From NCBI GenBank assembly GCA_038523235.1, contig JBCBJQ010000037.1, positions 1 to 50,569 on the forward strand: a stretch of DNA of 50,569 nt, read 5' to 3'. Of the stretch, positions 29,554 through 39,224 are shown in pieces. The stretch is from Cyanobacteria bacterium J06626_4. Its GTDB lineage: Bacteria; Cyanobacteriota; Cyanobacteriia; Phormidesmidales; Phormidesmidaceae. A model generated the notes under the pieces. That model was not told the DNA's origin, ran no database searches, and saw only the letters and a program-made list of their open reading frames with translations. How positions within the stretch are numbered: position 1 is the first letter of the stretch; each line of letters opens with the position of its first letter. A program made the position numbers and the translations under genes.

Positions 29554-30456
29554 ATGATGCCGGTCTCTTCCCAGTCAAAGTGGTCGCTCGTGGGGCGATC
29601 GCTCACCCCCTACCTCTTTCTGGCGCCAGCGCTCTTGGTGCTGGGGCTGACGGTCTTTTGGCCCGCCATGCAAGCGCTGTACCTCAGTTTCACTAGCTAC
29701 GGCTTTGACGTGACTCAGCCGCCGCTGTGGATTGGTCTCGCTAACTTTCAGGAGCTGCTGAGCGATCGGACCTTTTGGACTACCGTCAAAAACACTCTGC
29801 TGTATCTGATTGGGGTAGTGCCGGTCTTGGCGATTTTGCCACTGCTGCTGGCAATTTTGGTGAACCGCCAGCTTCGCGGTATTCGCTGGTTTCGAGTGGC
29901 CTACTACACGCCTGTCGTGATTTCGATGGTGGTGGCGGGCATTGCCTGGCGCTGGCTCTATGCCGAAAATGGCTTTCTCAATCAGATTTTGATCGGCCTG
30001 GGACTCACTGACAGTGGCGTGCCTTGGCTCACGAGTCCCACCCTGGCGTTGCCCAGCGTCATGCTTGTCACGATTTGGAAAGGGGTGGGCTACTACATGG
30101 TGATTTACCTGGCGGGACTGCAGACGATCCCCCCTGATTTGTATGAAGCAGCGGCCATTGATGGCTCCGATGGCTGGCGCAAACATTGGGATATCACCTT
30201 GCCGCTGATGCGCCCCTATATTTTCTTGGTGACGGTAATCTCAGCGATCGCGGCCACAAAAGTTTTTGAAGAGATTTTCATCATGACCCAAGGGGGGCCG
30301 CTCAACAGTTCTAAAACCATTGTTTACTACGTATATGAACTGGCCTTTCAAGAGCTGGAGCTAAGCTATGCCTGCACGGTAGGGTTGGCGCTGTTTCTCG
30401 TGATTTTAGCCCTGTCGATTTTGCGGCTAGTGAGCGATCGCACAGAGGTGGTTTGA
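29554..30456 (+). CDS. Carbohydrate ABC transporter permease
   Basis: YLFLAP, GLANF, EAA motif LYEAAAIDG, TQGGP. Confidence 0.93.
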   Translation: MMPVSSQSKWSLVGRSLTPYLFLAPALLVLGLTVFWPAMQALYLSFTSYGFDVTQPPLWIGLANFQELLSDRTFWTTVKNTLLYLIGVVPVLAILPLLLAILVNRQLRGIRWFRVAYYTPVVISMVVAGIAWRWLYAENGFLNQILIGLGLTDSGVPWLTSPTLALPSVMLVTIWKGVGYYMVIYLAGLQTIPPDLYEAAAIDGSDGWRKHWDITLPLMRPYIFLVTVISAIAATKVFEEIFIMTQGGPLNSSKTIVYYVYELAFQELELSYACTVGLALFLVILALSILRLVSDRTEVV

Positions 30457-30587
30457 GCCGCCTTTCGAGAACAGATACACCGGTATTGTCAGGGCGGGGG
30501 GGTGATTAGCCTCGGTATCCTTTCCCTGTCTGATGAGGGACATTGTCAAGGCTAATAACGGACCTTTGTTGACCTGGTAGCGGTTAA

Positions 30588-30613
30588 GCCGAACTCCAAA
30601 TTTGGAGTTCGGC
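30588..30613. repeat. Perfect 26-bp palindrome built from heptamer-repeat units
   Basis: GCCGAACTCCAAA|TTTGGAGTTCGGC. Confidence 0.9.
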
Positions 30614-30830
30614 ATGCGGAACTCGAAATCAAAAAGCCTGTCGAATACGGTCAAATACGGCTGCTCACTCAGGCCAGTCTGTGACTTCAGGAAACAAGCA
30701 AAAGCCTGATTTGACGGTGATTACGGTACGGTTAGTTCGGTGTAAAAACCCTGCTTTCTATTAGGAAAGCAACACCTGTGCAAACGGCCTCAAGCTGACA
30801 CAATGAACATGAACTTGAGCAGAGAACGCA

Positions 30831-31130
30831 ATGAAGTTTTTATTCCGCACCCCTTTGATGAAATGGTTTAAGCGCCTAATTCGCAACCCCAAATATCGTT
30901 GGTTAGTGATTTTAGGCTCGCTGGTTTATTTGGTCAGCCCTTTAGATATTTCGCCGGATGTCTTTCCCGTCATTGGGTGGATTGATGATGGCTTACTCGC
31001 CAGCATTGTCGTCACTGAATTGACTCAGATGGCGATCGATCACCGCCGCAAAAAGGTGGATAAATTTGGTCAGACTGCCGTCGCCGACAGCGAAAACATC
31101 ATTGATATCGAGTCTGTTACCGTCGGCTAA
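30831..31130 (+). CDS. DUF1232/YkvA family protein
   Basis: YLVSPLDISPDVFPVIGWIDD signature. Confidence 0.9.
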   Translation: MKFLFRTPLMKWFKRLIRNPKYRWLVILGSLVYLVSPLDISPDVFPVIGWIDDGLLASIVVTELTQMAIDHRRKKVDKFGQTAVADSENIIDIESVTVG

Positions 31131-31180
31131 ATTGACCTGTACTCGTCGCAACAACTAACCACAATCTGAGGAATTTCACC

Positions 31181-31756
31181 ATGACGACATCTGTAAAAGA
31201 ACGTTTGAAAACTGATCTACAGCAAGCTCAAAAAGGTGGCAAGCAGCGGGCCGCCAAGATCAGCGACATCTTAAAATCGGCTGCCTCGATGACCGTTGAG
31301 GAAATCAAAGAAGGATCGTCTGAGCTACATGTCCTCACGCGTAAATCACTTGCCGACCTGCTGGAAGAGCTGCATGTCAACTCCGATGAGGTTGATGTAG
31401 CTGCCACGGCACCGATCGCAGATACCGACACCGCTGACGAAGCGCCCACTTGGCCCGCCATCCTCAAACAGGCGCTGGCTATTGTGCGCGATCGCAAAGG
31501 CGACTGGCTGCAAGAATTCAAAGCGCACTGGCAGAAAAATGCGGCCAAGTTTGATCGTGAGATGACCGACGAATACGGCGATCGCTATCGCAAAACCAAA
31601 TCCGTCTTTCGTCAAGTGTTCGATTGGGTCAAGTCTCAGTCAACCGGTCGCCAAACTCAGTCTCAGCCACCTCGACCGGTCACGGTAGAAGTCGTTGATG
31701 GCGACGATACTGTGGGCAACGCGGCCAAAACGATTAACTCATTGGATGCTGAATAG
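31181..31756 (+). CDS. Hypothetical helical protein
   Basis: GAGG RBS before ATG; followed by a terminator; likely co-transcribed with the DUF1232 gene. Confidence 0.75.
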   Translation: MTTSVKERLKTDLQQAQKGGKQRAAKISDILKSAASMTVEEIKEGSSELHVLTRKSLADLLEELHVNSDEVDVAATAPIADTDTADEAPTWPAILKQALAIVRDRKGDWLQEFKAHWQKNAAKFDREMTDEYGDRYRKTKSVFRQVFDWVKSQSTGRQTQSQPPRPVTVEVVDGDDTVGNAAKTINSLDAE

Positions 31757-31826
31757 CCCCCGCAAAACTCTCAAGAGGCTTTGTTGCCGCTCTCTGCCCT
31801 GAGATAGTCAGGGCCATAGGTTCTTC

Positions 31827-31854
31827 AGGGGATGCTTTTGGCATCCCTTTTTTT
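31827..31854 (+). terminator. Intrinsic terminator
   Basis: GGGATGC-TTTTG-GCATCCC followed by T7. Confidence 0.8.
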
Positions 31855-32017
31855 GTGCTGGCAATTGTGGCTGCGGACAGATCATCCACCCGCGTCAATA
31901 CGGCGATGGAAAATCTTGTGGAATCAGCCCCCCTAACTCCAGCAATATGCGTCCAGGTTAGTCCTGTCTATCCAGCTGCCAGACACCGACGCAAGCGGGC
32001 TGTGCCTGGCGACTTGC

Positions 32018-32764
32018 TCACGCTTCGGGCGACGATCCCATCGGCCCCTGGCGCTTTTGATAATACGTCTGTCGGTTAGACGCTATCGTCTCGGCCTCCC
32101 GCCAGTGAGGCTCAGCGTCATGATGCAGATGTAGGTAAACCAAATGAGGCGATCGGCATAGGGTGCGCCGTTGCCCGAGATAGCGCTCAATCAAATCTTG
32201 ATCCTCGGCTCCCCAACCAATAAAGGCCTCATCCCAGCCCTGAATATCGATCAGACGCTGGCGACAAAAGAACGGCATGACGCCAAATTTTTCGCCGCGC
32301 AGCAAATGTTTGCGCAGGGCTGTCGGCTGGTCTTCGGGGGCGATCGCTGCCTGCTCGATCGCTTGGGGCAGCTGAGTCACGTCCAGATCAGTCTGGGGGC
32401 TCATCAACCGATATCCCGTAATCAGCAGCTCGTCTGATAACGTTGCCAAGTGATGGTGACAAGCCAGCGTCTCACCGTAGGGAATCAGGTCCACGTCTAG
32501 GGGCGCTGCATATCGTCCATGAGCCAGTTGCAGACCCCGATTGAGGGCACGCGTTTTGTGCAACGTGCCCTGGTTAGGCAAAAAGTCATACCGCACCTGG
32601 TGCTGCTGTAAGGTCTGCGCCAACCCGGACGTGGGGCGAGTATCCGCTTCGACCACAATCCACTCGTAGTGAGCGTGATAATTGGCCTGCTGCTGCCACC
32701 ACTGCAGCAAGGTTTGTAAATGGTGAGCTCGGCGGCGGTAAATCGTCACCAAAGAGAGTTCCAT
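32018..32764 (-). CDS. GT-A glycosyltransferase (GT2 with GT7C-like C-terminus)
   Basis: ALNRG, DVD (DxD), GWDEAFIGWGAEDQDL, HLHH. Confidence 0.85.
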   Translation of the reverse strand: MELSLVTIYRRRAHHLQTLLQWWQQQANYHAHYEWIVVEADTRPTSGLAQTLQQHQVRYDFLPNQGTLHKTRALNRGLQLAHGRYAAPLDVDLIPYGETLACHHHLATLSDELLITGYRLMSPQTDLDVTQLPQAIEQAAIAPEDQPTALRKHLLRGEKFGVMPFFCRQRLIDIQGWDEAFIGWGAEDQDLIERYLGQRRTLCRSPHLVYLHLHHDAEPHWREAETIASNRQTYYQKRQGPMGSSPEA

Positions 32765-32778
32765 AGCCAGTCAGCGGA

Positions 32779-33603
32779 TTAACGACAATGCGGAGGAAAG
32801 TTTACCTGAATCTGAGGCCGCTGCTTAGGGAGCCTGGGCTGAGGGGCCAAATTGCCCCAAATCTGTCCCTTTTGGAGCGTTGCTAAACAGGTGATGATAT
32901 TTTGGTCGCGGGTGGTGGTCGGCGCTAGGCCATCGTGGAATTGGTTTCGTAGCGCCTCAGCGTGAGACTGATGCACGACCTGACCGACGGCGAGCACGGG
33001 AAGATCCATCAGGCGGGCTCGCATGAGTAAATCCTGATCTTCCCAGCCCCAACCGTAAAAGCATTCTTTATAGCCCCCGAGTTTGAGCAATGTCTGGCGG
33101 TGAGCACAGACGAGGCCACAGCCGGGGCGTTGCGGCAAATGAGCTGGGGCTTCTTGCAGAGTAACCTGATAGCCCCGTTCGCTTTTGGTGACGATATAGC
33201 CATATTGCTGACGCGTCAGGGCCACGGTGGTTGGGGCAGTCTCACCCACATCAGCAATATGGCAAACCGCCTGAGGGTTGCCTGCAAGCGTTGCCAGCAG
33301 GGCATCGACGGCGGCCCCATTCCACAAAATGTCAGCATCAGACAGCAGAATTATGTCGGCCTGCGATTGGGCGATGCCGGAGTTGAGCAGTGTGGCTTTG
33401 TTAAACCCGGGCAGAGGTTGCCGCAGAATTTTAATCCCCTTGACAGCGGCCAAGCGCGACAGGGTGACCACCGTCTCTGGATGGGTCGATGCCCCATCGC
33501 AGATCAAAATAGTCTGCAGGCGATCGCCCAATTGCCTCAAGGAGTCTACACAACCGGCTAGACAACGATTTTTAACGGGGATCACAACATCGAGGCTGGG
33601 CAT
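32779..33603 (-). CDS. GT-A glycosyltransferase (GT2 with GT7C-like C-terminus)
   Basis: VVIPVKN, FNKATLLNSG, DAD, GGYKECFYGWGWEDQDL. Confidence 0.85.
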   Translation of the reverse strand: MPSLDVVIPVKNRCLAGCVDSLRQLGDRLQTILICDGASTHPETVVTLSRLAAVKGIKILRQPLPGFNKATLLNSGIAQSQADIILLSDADILWNGAAVDALLATLAGNPQAVCHIADVGETAPTTVALTRQQYGYIVTKSERGYQVTLQEAPAHLPQRPGCGLVCAHRQTLLKLGGYKECFYGWGWEDQDLLMRARLMDLPVLAVGQVVHQSHAEALRNQFHDGLAPTTTRDQNIITCLATLQKGQIWGNLAPQPRLPKQRPQIQVNFPPHCR

Positions 33604-33738
33604 CAATTCAGACCAGAGACTCTCAGCAGGGGACAAAGTATCGTCATCACTGGATATCGCGGTCGCCCATCCGGTGAGACCAGACGGCAGACCAGACCGC
33701 TTCGCCGACTTGACTCGGTATGGTCAGCGGACTCAGCC

Positions 33739-35067
33739 CTATCTTAACGGGGGGCCACCCAGGTGATGCAGAGTCACCCGAGCCGCTCGACTCAGCGGTG
33801 CCAAATTTAAATCAGCCCGCCGCCGCGCCGCCTGATTGGCGATCGCGCGGTTTTTGAGCGTTGATAACAAGGCCTGGCGGGCGGGCGAGCCGAGGCCGGT
33901 TGAGGCCTGGGTGGTCAGAGAATGGGGGCGTTTTTGGCGGAAGTAAGCGGATTGAACATCATTAACGATCCGTCCGACCCAAACCGCCCGCAACAAAAAC
34001 TCCGTATCCCCCCCGAAGCGAAGCCCCGTTGCAAAACCGCCGACGGCCATCACCAAGCGCCGACTGACCAAGCTAGTGGGGTGAAGCAGCGGATGTCCAG
34101 GTTTTTCGCGCAAAGCGGTATTGACATCCAGCGGATAGCTGACCGGTATGAGCGCACCGCTGTGGGCATCGACGCGAATTTCTTGCGTGCCGACCAGGTC
34201 AGCATTCATTTGGCGGGCCGTCGCGAGTAAGCGGGCCAAGCGATCGCAACTCGACCAATCATCGGCATCTTGAAAACAGTAATAGTCATAGGCGGTGTCT
34301 TCGATCACCTGCTGGATCAGCCGGTAAGGCCCCACATTCACCGACGACGCCAGGAGGGTGACGCTGGGGAAGTCGGCCAGTAGCGCTAGCGGCGGCTGGG
34401 CAGACCCATCATCCACTACGACGATATGGTCGAGCGGGCGAGTCTGCTGCATCAGCGAGGTCAGGCAGCGATGTAGCCACAGTTGACACTGATAGTGCGG
34501 TACGACCGCCAGTACGGAAGGCGCTGGCCCTGCCTGTCTGTTTGACAGGGGGCCATCGCTGGCCGCAAACACACGCCACTGAAACGCCACGCCGCGCTGC
34601 TCCAGCGCCTGGGCGATCGCCAATAATGCCCAGGCTGACGGCTGGCCCAGCGTGGGTAATACCGCCCTGATCAAGCTCGCCGTGGCCACCCAGCTAGATA
34701 GTTTAAAAGCCGCCGCTTGGGCCGTTTCTTGAGGGTAGTCTGGCGGCGGCATCCATAGGGCCAAAAACGGCGCTGCGGCCCCGTCAAATGCTGGGTAACG
34801 CAAGCTCAAAGCGGACGGCGAGGTCGCTAGCGAGATATAGCCAATCCACTTCAGGGGTGACCCAGACAGCTGGGGTAGCAAGTCGAGCCAGGTCGTTCTG
34901 GGCAGCCCACCGACGCTCGGAGCCGCTGGGTCTTGCAGCAACACACAACATTGCTGCAAGGCGGCTGGCCAGGTGTCGAACCCAGCTTGCAGTGTCTGCA
35001 GCGTCGCTGCGGTCGACACCTGACGACCGTCTAAAATCACCCGAAAAGCACAGTGCGCCTGGTTCAT
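33739..35067 (-). CDS. Glycosyltransferase family 2 with N-terminal extension
   Basis: VVPHY, VVVDDGS, FQDADDWS, GGF...GGDTEF; about 180-aa unrecognised N-terminus. Confidence 0.85.
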   Translation of the reverse strand: MNQAHCAFRVILDGRQVSTAATLQTLQAGFDTWPAALQQCCVLLQDPAAPSVGGLPRTTWLDLLPQLSGSPLKWIGYISLATSPSALSLRYPAFDGAAAPFLALWMPPPDYPQETAQAAAFKLSSWVATASLIRAVLPTLGQPSAWALLAIAQALEQRGVAFQWRVFAASDGPLSNRQAGPAPSVLAVVPHYQCQLWLHRCLTSLMQQTRPLDHIVVVDDGSAQPPLALLADFPSVTLLASSVNVGPYRLIQQVIEDTAYDYYCFQDADDWSSCDRLARLLATARQMNADLVGTQEIRVDAHSGALIPVSYPLDVNTALREKPGHPLLHPTSLVSRRLVMAVGGFATGLRFGGDTEFLLRAVWVGRIVNDVQSAYFRQKRPHSLTTQASTGLGSPARQALLSTLKNRAIANQAARRRADLNLAPLSRAARVTLHHLGGPPLR

Positions 35068-37319
35068 GCTGAAGTGGGCGGTTGCGGGCAGAGATCAACC
35101 AGCACCGACTGCTTTTGATTAAATTGCGTGGTCAACCGTTCAAAGGCTGACTGCTGGCGCGATGTGAGCCTAGCTGCCAGCAAGCAGCGATAGGCCAGCT
35201 CGGGTTGACCTTGTTGGTACAGCGGTTGCACCAAGGCGCTCACAATCGGTAACCAGGGTGTCAAGCTGGCGGGGCGATCCGTCGGCATTGCGGTCAGGTC
35301 AGCGGCATAGGTGTCAATGATGGGCAGCCATGCTTCCGGATCAAGCGGGACGTGACGCAGGATATCAAAATATCCCCGCTCGACCTGAAGCCGCGCTCTT
35401 TCTGCCTCCGAAACCGCCGCCGCCTCTAGCGCGGCGAAGTGTTCAACTGCGGTCAAGGGCTCATGAATCAAGGCTTGACGCCAGGATAGCCAACTCGCTA
35501 AAAAGGCCGGGGCAGAAGCTGCTGCCGTTGGTGGGTTCGCCGGGGCCTGCAGCAGCTCTGACCAGTGATGCAGGTGGGCTGTCGTCAAGTTAGCGGCCCA
35601 GAAGCTGAGATCACCGACGAGAACAGCCAAAGGAGGACGCAGGTAGCGTAGCGCTGGCGATCGCTGAGTCGGCGATCGCCGCTGTAGAGCGACCTCAAAG
35701 GCGGTGAGCAAATGCTGCACATGCAACGGATCCAGGGACCAGGTTTCTGCAGTGGCGGCAGTGGCCCCTGTGGGAGAGAGCACCGACGCGGGCAGATGCA
35801 GAGCGGGAATCAAGCAATCTAGTTGGAGGGCTGCATCTGGTGCCGTCGCAAGATTTTGCTGGCGAGCAACGGCTTGAGTGTAGAAATGGTGCGACGTTGG
35901 GCGATCGCGGATGCAGCTGCAGGCCAACAGCAAGATTCTCACTTTCATCGTTTCGACCGCCGGATCAGCCGCTGTAGAACTACTAGCTAAAGCCACAACC
36001 TGTTGCTGTATGACTTTGGGCAACTCCATGCCAATGACGTGAGGAGCCAGCAAGGCTCTCAGCACCGGCGCGAGTGGGCGGGCTTCGCCGGTGGGCAGGG
36101 CTGAAGTCGTTAGCCAGCCACTCAACGAGTTTTGAGTAAGGGTGGTCAGCCAGCGGTGGTCGCTCCACTCCTCGGGGGGCACCGCTGGGGACGCCACAGC
36201 GGCATGATGAGTCGTGCTGAGGGTGTCATTCCCAAACGTCTGGTTGACCCAGGTTTGAAGTGAGGCCTCTGCCACAGCGGCAGTCTGTGCAGACAGTGAA
36301 TTATCCACCTGTATCTGAGCGGCGACCAGGGTAGGTGACTGACGCTGAATACGGTAGTGCAACAGGCCCGGCAGTGTTGGCAAGACTACCTCTCCTGGCA
36401 TTTTAAGCCCGTGACGCGTGCCAATCCGATCTTCGCTGCGTCCCAACACCCGTACCGTCAAGCCGGGTCGACCGCAGGGACAGGGCGTTGCATCGAGACG
36501 AACGCGATCGCCACATTGGTAACGCACCAGCGGCATCGTTTCGTTCCATAGGTCAGTGGTGACCAGAGTGCCGTCAACAATTTCCAAAAAGCAAGACTGC
36601 TCGTCTAAATGTATCCGCCCAAACTCAGGGCAGGTAAAGCCGCGCACCGCCGCCTCGTGACAGCCATATTCATTAATGACCGGCGCTTGAAACCGCTGCT
36701 CCAGCAGCTCACGCTGATGCTGAAACAGCAGTTCTCCGGTGCAAATAACCGCTTTGACGCTGGGCAACGGCTGCGGCAGCAGGCTGGCAATTTCACAGAG
36801 ACGACTCGGATAGCCCCGCCCCACCCAAGGGCGATTTGCCAAGTTCGCCCGTAGCGACTCAATAAACTCTAGAGTCACTGGCCCCACGATCGCCCAATCG
36901 GCCTCTCTTCCTGGCATAAGGCGGCTCGCCAGGTTCACAATCGGTACCGCTGGGTCGATGCCCCACCAGTTTAAGAAGTCTTGGCGCGAGCGCAAGCGTT
37001 GCTCATTCCAAGCGCTGTTGGCAAAAAAGGTATATGACCGACTGCGACTACCGCTGGTCGAGCCGCGATAGATGATATCGGCGACTCCGGCGAGATACTG
37101 CCCAGGAGCTTGCCTCACAGCCGCCTTCTCTAGCGGGGGGAGTTGGGCGAACTGCACCGGCCAGTTGGCGACCAGGGTCGGATGTTCGGGACCCCAGCGG
37201 CTGGTCTGAATCAGGCCCGCTGCCCGAAAGCGGGCCCGATTGCCGGGAGCCTGAAGGGCGGCCTGCAGCACCGCCGCCAATCGAGTCGGCAACCCGTGGG
37301 GCGCTGCCGGCAGCGTCAC
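35064..37319 (-). CDS. Phenylacetate-CoA ligase/CapK-like adenylate-forming enzyme with long C-terminal extension
   Basis: STSGS P-loop, GYPS, TGE, YGCHE, TDLWN.TMPLVRYQCGD, CPCGR, GRSED. Confidence 0.85.
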   Translation of the reverse strand: MTLPAAPHGLPTRLAAVLQAALQAPGNRARFRAAGLIQTSRWGPEHPTLVANWPVQFAQLPPLEKAAVRQAPGQYLAGVADIIYRGSTSGSRSRSYTFFANSAWNEQRLRSRQDFLNWWGIDPAVPIVNLASRLMPGREADWAIVGPVTLEFIESLRANLANRPWVGRGYPSRLCEIASLLPQPLPSVKAVICTGELLFQHQRELLEQRFQAPVINEYGCHEAAVRGFTCPEFGRIHLDEQSCFLEIVDGTLVTTDLWNETMPLVRYQCGDRVRLDATPCPCGRPGLTVRVLGRSEDRIGTRHGLKMPGEVVLPTLPGLLHYRIQRQSPTLVAAQIQVDNSLSAQTAAVAEASLQTWVNQTFGNDTLSTTHHAAVASPAVPPEEWSDHRWLTTLTQNSLSGWLTTSALPTGEARPLAPVLRALLAPHVIGMELPKVIQQQVVALASSSTAADPAVETMKVRILLLACSCIRDRPTSHHFYTQAVARQQNLATAPDAALQLDCLIPALHLPASVLSPTGATAATAETWSLDPLHVQHLLTAFEVALQRRSPTQRSPALRYLRPPLAVLVGDLSFWAANLTTAHLHHWSELLQAPANPPTAAASAPAFLASWLSWRQALIHEPLTAVEHFAALEAAAVSEAERARLQVERGYFDILRHVPLDPEAWLPIIDTYAADLTAMPTDRPASLTPWLPIVSALVQPLYQQGQPELAYRCLLAARLTSRQQSAFERLTTQFNQKQSVLVDLCPQPPTSA

Positions 37320-37924
37320 GACTGGCGAGGCGTTTGGGCAATGCGATCGCCCATCTGCAGCCAGTCTTCCTGAACGGTGTATTGCTGGGCGTCAGGAGCA
37401 GTCATTAGCTGCACGGCGGCCATATTTAACGACGGTTTTTCACAAAAATCACCCAGCGCGGCCAGATAACGACTGGCGACCCAGCCCTCTCGAAAGCTTG
37501 GGGCAGAGCCAAATCCAAACTCCCCAGGGTCGCCAAAATGGCTCGTAATCTTTGTCCAGTTGCCGGTCCCGTTGACTTCCAATACGACCACTGCCCACCC
37601 TTTGGGCACCGCGCCGATAATCCGTCCCCCCGGGGTAGCGCGGATGCGGAGCGGATCTTCCTGAGTGATGATCCGGGCATAGGCTTGAGGCTCTTGCCAG
37701 TCATACTGGCAAACGGGCGGCTCGGCCTGAGCGATCGCCGCCTCAGTAGCCACTGAGGGAGTTTCTGACGTATCTGAAAATTGCCCGGTATGAGCGCTCA
37801 CACTCTTGATGCCGACCAAAGAAAAAATAATTCCCACACAATAAACAGCGACCCGTTTCCAATCACTCAATAAGCTCACTAGACTTAGGCTCCAGTAGAC
37901 GGTACTTCTACACTTAGCAATCAA
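37316..37924 (-). CDS. Secreted SH3b-domain protein
   Basis: Hydrophobic signal ending VSA; LRIRATPGGRIIG..PKG..V...NW...EGWVASRYL. TTG start uncertain. Confidence 0.8.
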   Translation of the reverse strand: MIAKCRSTVYWSLSLVSLLSDWKRVAVYCVGIIFSLVGIKSVSAHTGQFSDTSETPSVATEAAIAQAEPPVCQYDWQEPQAYARIITQEDPLRIRATPGGRIIGAVPKGWAVVVLEVNGTGNWTKITSHFGDPGEFGFGSAPSFREGWVASRYLAALGDFCEKPSLNMAAVQLMTAPDAQQYTVQEDWLQMGDRIAQTPRQS

Positions 37925-38422
37925 ATTTACCCAGACCAGTCCAAGACATCAAAAGTCGTAACAGTTTTTACTCAACTTCTTTTACTTAACTTCGAGAGCG
38001 CCTCGGGGTCAGCGTTATGGCAATCTCCAGTCCAGTTAGGAGCAGCCAAGGTTCCAGATGGTGGAGTGTAATGTCAACGTCTGCCAGCGATCGCCCGCCG
38101 CTGCCGCAGTCGTTTGTGCCCACCATTACCCGAGCAACTAGTGGGTTTGAGGTCTAGACAAAACGCGATTATGTTTCGAGCAGCTACCGCAAAAGGCCTT
38201 GGTCAGGTGGCTTGGGCCGGTTGCTAGGCGATCGCTGAGGAGCAGAGCAGCTACAATATGCTTATTGCGACTCATTCTGCAACTCATAGGCGAATTAAAT
38301 ATGTAGGCACCACACCAAAAGCGATTTCGGGTGCTAGAATTTTTGTGAGATTGTTCAGATATCGGTTGCAGCATTTGTTCGAAGTACTAACGGGTTTTCG
38401 CGTTTTTTCATTGGCAAACTTC

Positions 38423-38463
38423 TCTCCGAAATTTCTCTCTCAACACTTCCTAAATTTTGGAGA
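38423..38463 (+). promoter_or_regulatory. RBS-sequestering 5'-UTR hairpin of rbp
   Basis: TCTCCGAAATTT (38423-38434) pairs with AAATTTTGGAGA (38452-38463), which contains the SD. Confidence 0.65.
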
Positions 38464-38469
38464 CAACTT

Positions 38470-38745
38470 ATGTCAATTTACGTAGGCAACTTGTCCTATG
38501 ACGTTACAGAAGAAGATCTTTCTTCTGTTTTTGCTAAGTACGGTTCGGTGAAGCGCGTTCAGCTTCCTACTGACCGGGAGACGGGCCGTGTGCGCGGCTT
38601 CGGTTTTGTCGAGCTGGATAAAGAGTCAGAAGAAGAGGCCGCGATTGAAGCGCTAGATGGCGCTGAGTGGATGGGTCGTGACATGAAAGTTAACAAAGCC
38701 AAGCCTCGCGAAAAGAGAAGCAACAGCTTTTCCCGCAACTACTAA
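38470..38745 (+). CDS. rbp: RRM RNA-binding protein (cyanobacterial Rbp)
   Basis: RNP2 IYVGNL, RNP1 RGFGFVE, DGAEWMGR. Confidence 0.97.
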   Translation: MSIYVGNLSYDVTEEDLSSVFAKYGSVKRVQLPTDRETGRVRGFGFVELDKESEEEAAIEALDGAEWMGRDMKVNKAKPREKRSNSFSRNY

Positions 38746-38814
38746 GTCTTAAATGACTTTCATTTAGAAAGCTGTTATTAAATCAGGTTTTATCCTGACA
38801 GTTTTCTAAACTGT

Positions 38815-38852
38815 AAAACAGGTTTGAACGTAATGTTCAAGCCTGTTTTTTG
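38815..38852 (+). terminator. Intrinsic terminator of rbp
   Basis: AAAACAGGTTTGAAC / GTTCAAGCCTGTTTT plus T tract; preceded by a second hairpin at 38763-38810. Confidence 0.88.
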
Positions 38853-38934
38853 TGCTTTTAAATTCTCTGCAGCAACATTGAATTGAGTAAACAAAGTATG
38901 TCTGGCCACAACGCTTTGTGATAGCTTTTGGTGA

Positions 38935-39055
38935 CAGTATTGGTTCTAGTGGAGATCAGCCACTAGAGGAAACGGGGAAAGTGCAGTGAAAGTCTGCCGC
39001 TGTCCCGCAACTGTGAAGGAGGTGATACCTCCCAGTCAGAATGCCCGCCAATCCA
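38935..39055 (+). ncRNA. Cobalamin riboswitch
   Basis: GGTT..AAACGGGGAAAG..GTGAAAGTC..CTGTCCCGCAACTGTGA..AGTCAGAATGCCCGCC B12-box core; P1 ATTGG/CCAAT; upstream of cobW. Confidence 0.93.
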
Positions 39056-39086
39056 CCACTGTCCTTTATTCGTCTGCGAGGTACGG

Positions 39087-39224
39087 ATGAATCACTACAT
39101 CATTGCTAAAGTTGGGATTGGCCACTCATCGCGCCGATTCAAAGCCACTTTATGTTCGAGAACGCCCCTAAAATCGCCACCAGAATCGCCTTGTTATTGG
39201 TTTAGGGGCTGGCATCTCGCCTAG
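39087..39224 (+). CDS. Putative 45-aa small ORF at the riboswitch expression platform (or a decayed gene start)
   Basis: MNHYIIAKVGIGHSSRRFKATLCSRTPLKSPPESPCYWFRGWHLA*. Its GAGG SD and ATG lie in the hairpin ATTCGTCTG-CGAGGTA-CGGATGAAT. Confidence 0.35.
   Translation: MNHYIIAKVGIGHSSRRFKATLCSRTPLKSPPESPCYWFRGWHLA

Noticed and set aside
27489..30186. Long antisense ORFs opposite glcD and the ABC permease (also opposite purH, cax and the GTs)
   Set aside because: Shadow frames of well-supported genes in GC-rich DNA, with no protein motifs
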